In this document: piece by piece, positions 1 through 9,752 of the stretch | How positions within the stretch are numbered: position 1 is the stretch's first letter | Layout of the letters: each line of letters opens with the position of its first letter | IMG/VR virus record: IMGVR_UViG_2974597119_000001 | Span: 30,006 to 94,005 of that record | Source: a virus | Lineage: Duplodnaviria; Caudoviricetes | Direction: 5' to 3' (one strand) | Length of the DNA: 64,000 nucleotides | Made by a program: the position numbers and the translations under genes | Notes under the pieces: generated by a model | The model's database searches: none | Seen by the model: only the letters and a program-made list of their open reading frames with translations | Told to the model about the DNA's origin: nothing

Positions 1-2550
1 GGCATACTTCTCGGCCAGCCCGTCGCGCAGGTCGCCGCGCGCGATCTCGGCGCGCACAAGGTCCAGCTTCGGCCAGAGCTCGCCGGTCAGGTACTGGTCC
101 ATCGTGGTCCACTGGCCGCCGCCGGCGTAGGCGTAGGCCGGCGAGGCGAACAGCGCGTCCTCGACCTCCTCCACATCCTTGCCGATCCGGTCGGCCAGCT
201 CCGCCGCTGAGAATGTGCCGCTGGTGCGCTCGAGCGCCAGGGACTGCGCGGCGGTGTCCAGCGTTCCCTCGACGCGGCGCGCGGCTCGGCCGGTCACGGC
301 GTCGGACAGGGAGCCGTCGGCGCTCACGGCGCCGATCAGGCGGTACAGCGTCTTGTCCTGCGACGCGGCAAGCTGGAGGTTGGCGTTCTTGCCCGGGTTG
401 CCGTGCTGGGCCACCCAGGCGCGCACACGCTCCTCGAGCGCGGGCCGGTCGACGGCCTGCCCGGTGAACAGCCGGTCGATGTCGGCCGCGATGTCCTGCG
501 CGTCGCGCACGGCGGGATCCGCCAGGAATTCGTCGACGCGGTGCCAGCGCGGCGGCCGGCCCTGCAGGATGTAGGTCACGCCGTCGACGACCTTGGTGTC
601 TCCGACCTTGGCGTTGCCATAGGCCCGCATCACAGCGCCGCCGAGCGCCTTCTTCTTCGCGGCCTCGTCATCGCCAAGCGCATCGAGCACGGCGTGCACG
701 TCCGGCGTGGCCGTCGTCACCTCGTCCGGCGTCCACTTCGCGATCTCATCCGGCACGCCCTGCATGGAGCCGGACACGGTGATGTCCTGGCCCATGCCGG
801 CCTTGGCGCGCCAGCCGGCTTCCATCGTGCCGAAGATGCTCGAGGCGCCGCGCCCGGCGAAGTAGCCGCCGGACAGGTATTCGTCGTCCCATACGCCGAG
901 CTGCTTGAGCGTGTCCCGGTTGACCGTCATCAGCGCGCCGGCCACATCGTCCGCCCTCTTGCGGAAGAACACGATGTCGGTCGTCACTCCGGTATGCGAG
1001 TGCTCGAATGCGGTATTCGGCATGCGCACGGCGCCCAGGAACTCGCCCTTTCGCAGCAGGCGTTCGCGCAAGCTCCGATTCGACTTCGCGTCCATCACGC
1101 TGGTCGGCACGATCATGGCGACGATGCCACCCGGCTTTGTCTTGTCGAGCGCGGTGTCCAGGAAGTAGCCCTCGGCCGACTTGAGGCCGGGCTTGTCGTC
1201 CTTGATCAACGGGCCGCGCAGGCCGAACGGCGCATTGCCGATCACCACGTCGAATTGCCGGTCGCCGTCCTGCGTCGCGAAGCGCTCCAGGCTCGCATTG
1301 ACGATCTCGTGTCGGTCGCCGTGCAGCACCTCCGCCACCTTGGCGCTGGTCGGGTCGAGCTCGACGCCGGTCACCTTCACGCCGGCCGGCGCGGTGTGCA
1401 GGAACACGCCAGTCGCGCAGGACGGCTCGAGCACGGTGCCGCTCGTGAAGCCCAGGTTCGCGAGCGCCGTCCACATGGCCGAGGCCACGGCCGGGTCAGT
1501 GTAGAACTCGTTCCAACTGTCGCCGCAGCCGCCGTTGCCGCTGTACTGGCGCATCAGCGCGCGGTCGGCGTCGCTGTACTCGTCCTTGTCGGCGGTCACC
1601 AGATCGACGACCTGCGCGTTGATCTCGCGGCGCTGGCCCTTGGTGATGCCAGCCGGCACGCCGAAGGAGCCGCGCTCGGCTGGCGCTATGTCCACAGCTA
1701 CCGGCGTTGTGTCCAGAGCTGCCGGCGCTATGTCCGGAGCTTTCGCCGGCGTCGCGGCCGCAAGGTGCTTTTCCCGGATGAACCACCCGCCGTCCTTCCT
1801 GAACGTGTACGGGTCGATGTCCTTCGCCTCGGCCTGCGTCAGGTCGCGACGAATGATGCCGCGCAGCGTCTTGCCCTTGCCGTTCTTGGTGACGTGCTCG
1901 ACGATCTCGGGCGCCGGGTCGGCGGTCATGCCCAGCGCTTCGCGCGGCAGGTAGTCCTGCATCTGCACGGGAACAACGCCGTTCGCCTGCTGGCGCCCGC
2001 GCGTGGTGCTCGACAGGTGCGCCATCACCTTGCCATCGTCGCGCGCGGCGCCAGTGTTCAGGACGTGCCAAGTATCGCCATCGTGCTCGACGACAGGCAG
2101 GTCGAGCGCCGGCGGGGCCACGAACTCGCTGGCGGGCTTCGGTTCGGCGGCCGGCTGCGCGAACAGATCCAGCGTCTCGCCCTTGGCCGGCTCGGCAGGC
2201 TTGAGGCCGTCGAACATGGCCGCCATCTCGGCCGGCGTCTTGCCGTCGAGCTTCCCCATGCCGGCGAAAATCTGCTGCTGCTGGCCCTCGGTCATGCCGG
2301 CCAGCATCTGCGCGAGCCCGTTCAGGCCGCCGTGGCGCGCGATGAAGGCGTCCAGCTTCGACCGCTTCGCGCGCGGCGCCGGCGCAGGCGGCGGTTCCGC
2401 AAACAGCGATCCCTGCGCATGCGGTTTGAGCGCGACCTTCTGGATCCGGATGTGCGGCTTGACGACCGTGCCGTCCTTGCGGACGTGGGCGCCCACATGG
2501 ACCGGCGTGTCAAAGAGCGCGAGCTGCGCTTTCGTGAGGAGAATGATCAT
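1..2550 (-). CDS. DarB-like large polyvalent protein, N-terminal adenine methyltransferase part (runs off the window's left edge)
   Basis: Not in the ORF track. Read by hand from ATG 2550: MIILLTKAQLALFDTPVHVGAHVRKDGTVVKPH..., with MTase motifs EFYT, VLEPSCATGVF and IGNAPFG; in frame at position 1; late promoter motif upstream. Confidence 0.8.
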   Translation of the reverse strand, partial: MIILLTKAQLALFDTPVHVGAHVRKDGTVVKPHIRIQKVALKPHAQGSLFAEPPPAPAPRAKRSKLDAFIARHGGLNGLAQMLAGMTEGQQQQIFAGMGKLDGKTPAEMAAMFDGLKPAEPAKGETLDLFAQPAAEPKPASEFVAPPALDLPVVEHDGDTWHVLNTGAARDDGKVMAHLSSTTRGRQQANGVVPVQMQDYLPREALGMTADPAPEIVEHVTKNGKGKTLRGIIRRDLTQAEAKDIDPYTFRKDGGWFIREKHLAAATPAKAPDIAPAALDTTPVAVDIAPAERGSFGVPAGITKGQRREINAQVVDLVTADKDEYSDADRALMRQYSGNGGCGDSWNEFYTDPAVASAMWTALANLGFTSGTVLEPSCATGVFLHTAPAGVKVTGVELDPTSAKVAEVLHGDRHEIVNASLERFATQDGDRQFDVVIGNAPFGLRGPLIKDDKPGLKSAEGYFLDTALDKTKPGGIVAMIVPTSVMDAKSNRSLRERLLRKGEFLGAVRMPNTAFEHSHTGVTTDIVFFRKRADDVAGALMTVNRDTLKQLGVWDDEYLSGGYFAGRGASSIFGTMEAGWRAKAGMGQDITVSGSMQGVPDEIAKWTPDEVTTATPDVHAVLDALGDDEAAKKKALGGAVMRAYGNAKVGDTKVVDGVTYILQGRPPRWHRVDEFLADPAVRDAQDIAADIDRLFTGQAVDRPALEERVRAWVAQHGNPGKNANLQLAASQDKTLYRLIGAVSADGSLSDAVTGRAARRVEGTLDTAAQSLALERTSGTFSAAELADRIGKDVEEVEDALFASPAYAYAGGGQWTTMDQYLTGELWPKLDLVRAEIARGDLRDGLAEKYA

Positions 2551-2580
2551 CGAGGGACGGCCTTTTCGGAACGTCCCCCG

Positions 2581-2595
2581 ATTGTGCTGTCACGA
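2581..2595 (-). promoter_or_regulatory. Late promoter motif (DarB-like gene)
   Basis: TCGTGAC-AG-CACAAT. Confidence 0.7.
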
Positions 2596-3105
2596 TCAGT
2601 TTGCCGGGCGCGCCGCCAAGAACAGCACCAGGGCCTTGATCATGGCCGGCTTGTCGCGCGTGGCCCGCACCTTCGTTACAAACTCGTCGACCGGCATCGC
2701 CGTGATCGGGCCGAGAAAGCGCGGATCGTCGTAGTGCTCGAGGTACGCGGCGCGCGCGGCGGCCTCGCTGGGGAAGCCCAGCATGCACTTGTCCTCGTCG
2801 TACTTGGCCCATTCGCCATACTTGCGCTGATGCACCACGTAGACCGTCGGCGCCGTCTCGAGCTCCGGGCCCAGGTACACGTCCACCTCGTCGCCGTCGA
2901 CCGCCTCCGACCGGCAGACGTAGCCGTAGTCGTACTTCATCTTCGTGCGCCAGCCCTTGCCCTCGCGCACGGACCCGGCCGGGTTCTCGATGGCGATCTC
3001 CAGGCCGTTCCACTTCACGCGCGGCTTCTTGTAGTTGCCGGCCTCGGCCTGCGCCGGCGTGGGCGGCGTCCACGCATCGGCCTTGAGCAGCACAACGGCG
3101 CCCAC
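2596..3105 (-). CDS. Inorganic pyrophosphatase-like (InPase) domain protein
   Basis: IAIENPAGSVR...YGY...DGDEVDVYLGP...YDEDKCMLGF pattern of phage polyvalent-protein InPase domains; GTG start MGAVVLLKA. Confidence 0.75.
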   Translation of the reverse strand: MGAVVLLKADAWTPPTPAQAEAGNYKKPRVKWNGLEIAIENPAGSVREGKGWRTKMKYDYGYVCRSEAVDGDEVDVYLGPELETAPTVYVVHQRKYGEWAKYDEDKCMLGFPSEAAARAAYLEHYDDPRFLGPITAMPVDEFVTKVRATRDKPAMIKALVLFLAARPAN

Positions 3106-3107
3106 TG

Positions 3108-3287
3108 CTATTCCCTGGCCTTCTGGACCATCTTCTGGCCGACGTTCGCCGTGAGATAGGCGCCGACGGACGCGATGACGACGGCGGAATACACGCCGTC
3201 CGAGATGTGGCCGAACCACACGAGGCCCGTGGCGCTGGCGAGGGTCGCGGCGGCCAACAGGAATTTGCGGCTTGCGTAACGGATCAT
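3108..3287 (-). CDS. Small two-TM membrane protein (holin-like)
   Basis: MIRYASRKFLLAAATL... with two hydrophobic segments; overlaps the upstream stop. Confidence 0.55.
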   Translation of the reverse strand: MIRYASRKFLLAAATLASATGLVWFGHISDGVYSAVVIASVGAYLTANVGQKMVQKARE

Positions 3288-4444
3288 TTCGTCTCCAGGG
3301 TCTGGCGGAGCCAGTTTCCAAAATCGGTGTCGTCGCCGGGCTCGTCCTGGATCACAGGAAGCCAGCGGCCACGGCAATGCGGGTGCTGCACGCCGGCGGC
3401 GATCCACCAGCGCTCATCCGGCTCGCGCTCGACCAGCGTGTTGCCTACGCGCTTGCGCGGCGCCGCTGAGCGGCCGATGTTCGTTTTGCCCGGCCAGATT
3501 TGCGTGTCGCCGTCCTTTTTCGGCGCATCGGCCGCCACGACCTCGACCACCTTGCCGTCGATCTTTCGGCAAAAGGCGCAGGCGTTGCGGTACTGCTCGA
3601 CGCGCTTTAGCTTCGTCCCCGGTTTCTGGCTGGAGACATAGCCCTGATTGGCGTTCTCGCCGGCCTCGGTCACAGCGATGCGGCGCCAGTCGCGGTTCAG
3701 CGTCGCGAACTCGTCGAGCAGCGTCGTCTGCAGGCTGTGAGACGGGCGCGGCGCCTCGCCGTGGCCGGCCAGCATCTGCTCCTCGGTGTGCTGCCGGATC
3801 ACGTTGCGCATGCGGTGCCGCGCGTCGTCGGCCAGCTTCTGCACGTTCTCCGCAGCGCGCGCCGCGCCGAAGCGCATGACGTTGACCTGCAGCGGCGTGA
3901 GCGGCAGGAACTGCGCCGCTTCGTCCACGGTCGACGGCAGCGCCGCGAGCACCGTGTCGGCCTGCTTGGCGTTCAGGGCCTCCATGCTGGCCTGCACGCG
4001 GCCCATGAGCGTCGCGCGCGTCGCGAGCCATTCGGCCTCGGTGCGCAGGTCGTCCGCCGGCAGGTAGCGCTGCACGAGGTAGTCGACCATCAGCATGTTG
4101 TCGTCGAGCGTCCATTCGGCCGGCGGCAGGGCCTCGAGATAGAGCTTCACCAGCTCGCGCTCGCCCTCAGTCCAGCGCTGCATGGCGCCATCGGGACGCG
4201 CCGGCACCGTGCCCGGCCGGTGCTTCTCGCCAGCCAACCACTTCTCGAGCTCGGCCCGGAAGCCATCCAGGCGCATGAGCCCGCGCTGCGTGAACAATTC
4301 GATCAGGCGTCGGACGAACGGCGACTCGTGCGGGTTCCAGATGGAATCGTCGCCGTCGTGAGTGTGCAGGGCCTTGTAAATCTGGTTGAGCGCGCGGTCA
4401 GTCTGCGGCTCGTTCAGGGCGCCCAGGTCGAATAGGAGTGCCAT
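3284..4444 (-). CDS. MuF/gp7-like head morphogenesis protein
   Basis: RIAVTEAG...CAFC...HPHCRG motifs; lies downstream of the portal. Confidence 0.7.
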   Translation of the reverse strand: MALLFDLGALNEPQTDRALNQIYKALHTHDGDDSIWNPHESPFVRRLIELFTQRGLMRLDGFRAELEKWLAGEKHRPGTVPARPDGAMQRWTEGERELVKLYLEALPPAEWTLDDNMLMVDYLVQRYLPADDLRTEAEWLATRATLMGRVQASMEALNAKQADTVLAALPSTVDEAAQFLPLTPLQVNVMRFGAARAAENVQKLADDARHRMRNVIRQHTEEQMLAGHGEAPRPSHSLQTTLLDEFATLNRDWRRIAVTEAGENANQGYVSSQKPGTKLKRVEQYRNACAFCRKIDGKVVEVVAADAPKKDGDTQIWPGKTNIGRSAAPRKRVGNTLVEREPDERWWIAAGVQHPHCRGRWLPVIQDEPGDDTDFGNWLRQTLETK

Positions 4445-4450
4445 GCTGCG

Positions 4451-4465
4451 AGCATAGCGTCACGA
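4451..4465 (-). promoter_or_regulatory. Late promoter motif, leaderless (MuF-like gene)
   Basis: TCGTGAC-GC-TATGCT-N6-ATG. Confidence 0.7.
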
Positions 4466-5158
4466 TCACGCGGCCCAATCCAACGCGGGACCGGCCAGCG
4501 CCACGGGCTTCAAGGTCGCCGCATCCAGGATGGTGAAATCATGCCCTTGGAACACTGCGCCGGTGTCGATGTGGTAGACGTTGCCGAGGATCACCGGCCG
4601 TTGCAGCGGCGTATGCCCGACCACGACCGCACGCACGCCGGCCACGGGGATGTGGCGTTCCTGCTGGATCCGCTCGCGGCTCCACATTGCGAGCATCCCG
4701 AACACGTCATCTTTCAGGTACTCGGGGAAATCCGCCCAGTCGTCCGGGCAATTCGCATGCACGATCCCGACAAGGCCGTCGGCCGTCTCGAGCTCGATTG
4801 CGATGGGAAGCTCGTCGAAAGCGGCCGCGAATGCTTTTTGGCGCATCGTCGGCAGGTCCATGAACCATTGGCCGCCGTTCGCCGCGTAGGTGCGCGGGTC
4901 GTACATGCCCTTCGCCGCGTCGACTGCCATCTGCTCATGGTTGCCGCGCACCGCGTGGAACCAGGGCTGCGCCAGCCACTCCAGCGCGAGCTCGGATTCG
5001 GGCCCGCGATCCACCAGATCGCCGACGCTGAACAGCCGGTCGCGCGAAGGGTCGAACCCCATTTGATCGAGGCGCGCTTGCAGGCGCGAGAAACACCCGT
5101 GGATGTCGCCAACGATGAAATCGCGGCCGGCGCTATTGCCGCCGAATTGTTTGATCAT
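4466..5158 (-). CDS. NinI/PphA-like metallophosphoesterase
   Basis: GDIHG, GDLVDRG, RGNHE, GHTP and IDTGA motifs. Confidence 0.9.
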   Translation of the reverse strand: MIKQFGGNSAGRDFIVGDIHGCFSRLQARLDQMGFDPSRDRLFSVGDLVDRGPESELALEWLAQPWFHAVRGNHEQMAVDAAKGMYDPRTYAANGGQWFMDLPTMRQKAFAAAFDELPIAIELETADGLVGIVHANCPDDWADFPEYLKDDVFGMLAMWSRERIQQERHIPVAGVRAVVVGHTPLQRPVILGNVYHIDTGAVFQGHDFTILDAATLKPVALAGPALDWAA

Positions 5159-5160
5159 GG

Positions 5161-5739
5161 TTAGAGCTGGCTGATGCCAGTCAGGTAGGTCGTCTCGAAC
5201 AACCGCCGGAGCAAGGCATTCCGGGGCCCCATTGCATGCACGACGCTGCGCGCATGATCGAAATACTCGCGCTTGCGTTCCTGACTCCAGGGCGGCGGCG
5301 CCGCGATGATGTCGCGCAGGTTCGCCGTCTTGTCCGCCGTCTTGATCCAGGCCGCGCGGTCGCTGTAGTGCGGCGCCTTGTCGATCTGCGCCTGCTTCTG
5401 CTGCGGCTTCGGCAGCGTCTCGTCGTTGGTCAGCTCGGCCACCAAGTCGGCCACGGTCAGGCCGAACCGCGCCGCGAGCTCGGCGTGCTTGACGCCGGTG
5501 TCCTCGATGGTGTCGTGCAGGACCGCCGCGATCAGCGTGTCGCGGTCGGTGATGCCCGCCTCGTCACGCAGGATGCTCACGACGGCGCGCGGGTGCGCTA
5601 TATAAGGTGTCTTGCCGTCCTTGCGGTATTGGCCGGCGTGCTTGTGCTCGGCGAACCGGTCGGCGCGGTAGTAGGGAGAAACGACAGTCCCGTCCTGGCG
5701 GGTGTATCCGGCGACCTGCGCCTTGAGGAATACGATCAC
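5161..5739 (-). CDS. Small alarmone hydrolase (Mesh1/SpoT-type HD domain)
   Basis: HAGQYRK..PYIAHP, AAVLHDTIEDT, IKTADKTANL. Confidence 0.9.
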   Translation of the reverse strand: MIVFLKAQVAGYTRQDGTVVSPYYRADRFAEHKHAGQYRKDGKTPYIAHPRAVVSILRDEAGITDRDTLIAAVLHDTIEDTGVKHAELAARFGLTVADLVAELTNDETLPKPQQKQAQIDKAPHYSDRAAWIKTADKTANLRDIIAAPPPWSQERKREYFDHARSVVHAMGPRNALLRRLFETTYLTGISQL

Positions 5740-5948
5740 TCCGCCGCCTGCGCAGGTTGCTCCTTCTGACCGGCGCCCATCAGGGCCCGGGCTTCTTCCT
5801 CGCTGATCACGCTGCCCCAGTCGATGGGCTTGTCCTTGCTGCCCTTGTAGGGAACGAACTTGCCCTGTCCCTCGCTCCAGACCTCCTGGGGGACGCCCCG
5901 GGCCGGGCCCCGGAACAAAGCACCTTCGTTTTCGATGTAGACCATCAC
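5736..5948 (-). CDS. 70-aa protein, candidate immunity/antitoxin
   Basis: 4-bp overlaps with both the synthetase and hydrolase genes; function inferred from position only. Confidence 0.5.
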   Translation of the reverse strand: MMVYIENEGALFRGPARGVPQEVWSEGQGKFVPYKGSKDKPIDWGSVISEEEARALMGAGQKEQPAQAAE

Positions 5949-7426
5949 GTTCTCCGAATCAGCATGATCATTTTAGAGAAAGGCGCGGCCTTCTGCAAAG
6001 GTACATGGTCCTGCTGTTGCTTTCCGTCAACGCCGGACTGCCCTGCGCCGGACGCCTTGCTCCAGGCCGTGTCGTAGATTTCCTTCTGCGCCTTGAGCGC
6101 TTCGTAGAACTTCCGGTGATCCTCGTCCGACCATTTGTCGCCCGGCTCGGCCTCGCCGTACTTGGCCTGGAGGCTGCGGCTCACGTTGTAGTGCTCGTGC
6201 CCCTCCTCCTTGGCGAGCGTCATCGCTTTGACGTGAATCTGGAGCTCGGCCAGCATTCCGTTGGGCAGCTTCACGATGGTCATGAGGTCGCGGTAGCCCT
6301 CGTCGGTCGGCTTGGCGAACCGATCCTTGGGTTTCTGCGCCAGCTCGATCCCGGCGTCGCGCAGGTGCCCCAGCGCCTGTTTCACGCTGCCCATCGACGG
6401 CACGCTGATCGTGGCGCGCACGATGTCGCGCAACTGCGACCAGTCGCCGTCATAGTCGGCCTCGACCTTTTCCTTGGCGCGCTTCTCGCCCTTGAGCGGC
6501 GCGATGAACAGGAACCCGGTGTCGCTTTCCCATTCCTCCGGCGTGATGTCGTCCGGTTTCTTGCCGGACTGCAGGCCCATGACCTGGGCGACCTTGCCGA
6601 GCTGTTCGCGGAACTGGCCCAGCCCCTCGGTGCCCTTCTCGACCAGCTCCTCCCACGATTTGACCGGCTGGTTCACCTTCGCCGGCAGCTTGGCGAGCTC
6701 GTCGGCAGTGAACAGCGCGCCGCTGTCGTTGGCCGGCGCCGGCGCGGCCGCGCCCTGGTCGGCTATCTCGGACCAGCGGACCTGATGCACGCGGCCGGAC
6801 GCGTCTTTGACGTGCGCGCCATCTGCGCCCGGTTCACCGACGATCTCGCCCTCGCCCTCGAAATCGCCCGCCTTGAACCGCACCTTGTCGCCCGGCTTGG
6901 CGCGCGGCGCGCCGGCGGCGGCCGGATCCTCATGCGCCGCAGGCTTGCGCTGGGCCGGCTGGCCCTTGTCGGTGCGGACCCATTTCGTCTGCTTGCGGCC
7001 GGTCCGGTCGACGATCTGCTTGCGCGTCAGCCCGGCGCGGTTCGCCGGCGGCATGTCGTGGTTGTCGGCTTTGAAGAACAGCAGCACGCGCCCGTCGGCG
7101 CCGAGAGATTTGGTGACCAATTTGTCCTCGTCTGCGTCGGGCGGGATGGACAGGTAGCGGCGCTGGCCGGCCGCATCCTCGACGATCATGCCGTCCTCGC
7201 CCTCATCGAGGATCGTGTAGCGCTGCGCGGCGCGCTTCTTGTGCCCGAGCACCTTGCCCCAGGGGACGCGGTGATCTTCGCCATCGCAGTCAACCGTGCA
7301 GCCGTGCTTGCCGTGCGCGCGCACGCAGCCGGCGCGCGGGCCGTCGCCGTGCTGGAAATAGACGTGATCGCCGATCTCGACGCCGGGCACGCGCTCCGGC
7401 TCTTGCTGGGGCTTCGCTTTCTTCAT
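5945..7426 (-). CDS. RelA/SpoT-family small alarmone synthetase domain protein with N-terminal extension
   Basis: C-terminal LKGEKRAKEK, LRDIVRAT, GYRD and AELQIH match synthetase motifs Syn1-4. Confidence 0.8.
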   Translation of the reverse strand: MKKAKPQQEPERVPGVEIGDHVYFQHGDGPRAGCVRAHGKHGCTVDCDGEDHRVPWGKVLGHKKRAAQRYTILDEGEDGMIVEDAAGQRRYLSIPPDADEDKLVTKSLGADGRVLLFFKADNHDMPPANRAGLTRKQIVDRTGRKQTKWVRTDKGQPAQRKPAAHEDPAAAGAPRAKPGDKVRFKAGDFEGEGEIVGEPGADGAHVKDASGRVHQVRWSEIADQGAAAPAPANDSGALFTADELAKLPAKVNQPVKSWEELVEKGTEGLGQFREQLGKVAQVMGLQSGKKPDDITPEEWESDTGFLFIAPLKGEKRAKEKVEADYDGDWSQLRDIVRATISVPSMGSVKQALGHLRDAGIELAQKPKDRFAKPTDEGYRDLMTIVKLPNGMLAELQIHVKAMTLAKEEGHEHYNVSRSLQAKYGEAEPGDKWSDEDHRKFYEALKAQKEIYDTAWSKASGAGQSGVDGKQQQDHVPLQKAAPFSKMIMLIRRT

Positions 7427-9171
7427 GGCTCGATGCGGAAAACCGGCAGGCCGAACGCTTTCTGCAGCTCCTCGCCGCCGGCGGCGCCATCGTCCTGGCC
7501 GTCATCGTCGGCCGGCGGCTTGCCGAAGTTGGCGCCGGTGTCGTTCTCGCCACCCGGGCTCCCGAAATCCTCGCCGTCGTCGTCGTCATCGTCGCCGGGC
7601 GCGCCGGGCTGGCCCTGCCCCGGCTGGCCGAAATCCTGCTCCTGCGCCTGGTTCTCGGCCTGCCACACGCCGATCAGCGACGGGTTGATGGGCGCGGTGC
7701 CGATCTTCCCGCCCACGGGATCGAGGCCGTCGATGGCGCGCATCTCGTCCCAGGTCATCGCCAGCTTCTGGCGCTCGAACGCGCGCTGCTCGTCCTCCTC
7801 GTCCAGGCCGGTCCAGCGGAACACGTACTTGTCGGAGAACTCGGCGACGATGAAGTCTGAGAACAGGTTCTCGAAATAGGACAGCAGCGGACGCAGGCCC
7901 TTGTCCTTTGAATTCGCCAGCTTCTCCTCGGTGTCGTCGCCCGACAGGCTCGACGTGCCGGCTGTGAAGGACTCGAAATTGATCTCGTCCGGGGCGATGC
8001 CGTAGATCGCGCAGATGATGCTCGTGAGGAACGTCATCCACTTGGCGAACATGATCTCGTTCACCTCGACGCCGAAGTTCTCGAACGAGGCTTTCGATTC
8101 CTGGTCCTTGGAGATCATGACCGGCAGGGTCCAGGCATTGTTGATGCCCTTGACCATCGCGTTCCAGTAGCGCCGGAACGCCGCCAGATCCTTGTCGTCG
8201 TAGTTCCCCGTGAGGTGCAGCAGGCCCTTCGGGATCTGGTTCGAGTCGAAAAACTTGGTGTTGTAGGTGAAGGCGTTCAGGAACCCGGTGACCGTGCGCA
8301 CCAGCAATTCCGTCTCGGCGAAGCCGTAGCCACCTACCGTGACATCGGTGCGCGGATTGCGCGGCACGTAGATCAGGTCGTCGTAGGTGTAGACGGAGCG
8401 GATGTTCCCCTCGACGACCTGGAGCGAGAAAATCTCGTCATCGCCGCGATAGCCATCCTCGGAACACAGGCGGATCGTGCCGCCGTCGACCGCGTACAGC
8501 CCGTCCAGGCCCAGGGTCTTGTCGCGCTTCCATTCGGTTTCGATGGGCGCCGAATCCATCGTCAGGCTGTCGCGCACCAGCTTCGCCATGAAGCCTGAGA
8601 AGTTGTCGCGCTTGAGCCGCATGCGCTGGCGAGGCTTGGCCTCCCAGCCGCAGTTGAGGAAGAAATCCTGCAGCAGGAGGATGGACTGATTTTCCTCCTC
8701 GCCCGCCTTCGCCTTGTCATCCTTGAGCGCGATGCGGAAGCCCGGGCCCTTGCCGGCGCCCTGGACGCGGCAGAAGCGGTCGATCTGGCGCAGGCGCGTG
8801 AAAATCACCGCGCTCAGGATCGGCGTCTGGTCGACCATCGCGCGCATGTTCTGGAAGCTGAACGCGGTCGGCCGCTCGTACCAGTCGCCGACCAGGGCGA
8901 ACTGCCGGTCATCCAGCCAGACCGACTGCATGCCCGGCTCCTTCTCACGCACGGCGCGGCTGGGGAACGGGATGATGTTCGGCTTGGCGAGCGCCTTCGC
9001 GAATTCCTGCTGCTCGTACTGATCGCGCATGAACTCGACCATCGGCAGCATGCGCTCGACGTTGACCGACGCCGGGTCGAGCGCCGCCTTTTGGAGCTCG
9101 GTTTGCGCATCGCGCCGCTCGTCGGCGGGCGCAGCGTCGTTGTAGGCGATTTTTGCGGCAGTGTCGGTCAT
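7423..9171 (-). CDS. Portal protein
   Basis: 582 aa; LYAVDGGTIR, YVPRNPR, KFFDSNQIPKGLL, IYGIAPDEINF, GLRPLL; acidic tail. Confidence 0.85.
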   Translation of the reverse strand: MTDTAAKIAYNDAAPADERRDAQTELQKAALDPASVNVERMLPMVEFMRDQYEQQEFAKALAKPNIIPFPSRAVREKEPGMQSVWLDDRQFALVGDWYERPTAFSFQNMRAMVDQTPILSAVIFTRLRQIDRFCRVQGAGKGPGFRIALKDDKAKAGEEENQSILLLQDFFLNCGWEAKPRQRMRLKRDNFSGFMAKLVRDSLTMDSAPIETEWKRDKTLGLDGLYAVDGGTIRLCSEDGYRGDDEIFSLQVVEGNIRSVYTYDDLIYVPRNPRTDVTVGGYGFAETELLVRTVTGFLNAFTYNTKFFDSNQIPKGLLHLTGNYDDKDLAAFRRYWNAMVKGINNAWTLPVMISKDQESKASFENFGVEVNEIMFAKWMTFLTSIICAIYGIAPDEINFESFTAGTSSLSGDDTEEKLANSKDKGLRPLLSYFENLFSDFIVAEFSDKYVFRWTGLDEEDEQRAFERQKLAMTWDEMRAIDGLDPVGGKIGTAPINPSLIGVWQAENQAQEQDFGQPGQGQPGAPGDDDDDDGEDFGSPGGENDTGANFGKPPADDDGQDDGAAGGEELQKAFGLPVFRIEP

Positions 9172-9177
9172 GCCGCC

Positions 9178-9192
9178 ATTGTCGTGTCACGA
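9178..9192 (-). promoter_or_regulatory. Late promoter motif, leaderless (portal)
   Basis: TCGTGAC-AC-GACAAT-N6-ATG. Confidence 0.75.
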
Positions 9193-9530
9193 CAACAGCC
9201 GCCACGCCCGCCGCACAGGGTGAATCAAATTTGATTTATCATTCGCACATCAATGGAAATTCTGGAGCAACCGTGAACACGCCCGCCGCGCCGCAATCTA
9301 TGGCGCCGATCATCCTGGCGCACCCCGCGCCGCTACTGCTTGCCATCGCCAGCCGTTGCCGCAAGGGCCTGACAACCGTCGACGACGCCGAAGCGCTCGA
9401 GGAGCTGGCGAGGCAGGCGGAGAAACAGATTCAAGATCAGGCTGCATGACAAGGCAGAGCAAGGTTTAATGCGGGTATCCGCCCGCCGCCATTGCCGCCC
9501 GGGCGCGTATAGGGCGCAGAAAGGAAAGGT

Positions 9531-9752
9531 GTGAGCACCACGAAACCCACGATGCCGCCGCTCCCCGAGTGGGATGACGTGCGCGACAAGGTAGACGCAG
9601 AAGGCATGGAAGCTCTGACCGCCATCGAGCGCCTTGTCTACGAAAACGAGCCGTATGTCGGCGCCGCTGAATGGCGCGACTTCACGCAGGCCGCCCTGCA
9701 GGAAGCGTTCGACCTGGGCGTGATCGCGGGCCGCAAGGAAGCGCCGCTATGA
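9531..9752 (+). CDS. Hypothetical protein
   Basis: AGGAAAGG RBS; first of several overlapping ORFs. Confidence 0.6.
   Translation: MSTTKPTMPPLPEWDDVRDKVDAEGMEALTAIERLVYENEPYVGAAEWRDFTQAALQEAFDLGVIAGRKEAPL

Noticed and set aside
1683-1750. Three degenerate 21-bp repeats
   Set aside because: In-frame low-complexity linker inside DarB; not a CRISPR array
403-3159. 918-aa plus-strand ORF and other long antisense ORFs (6005-7879, 22389-24818, 43548-45638, 56754-58388)
   Set aside because: Shadow ORFs of high-GC genes on the opposite strand; no motifs
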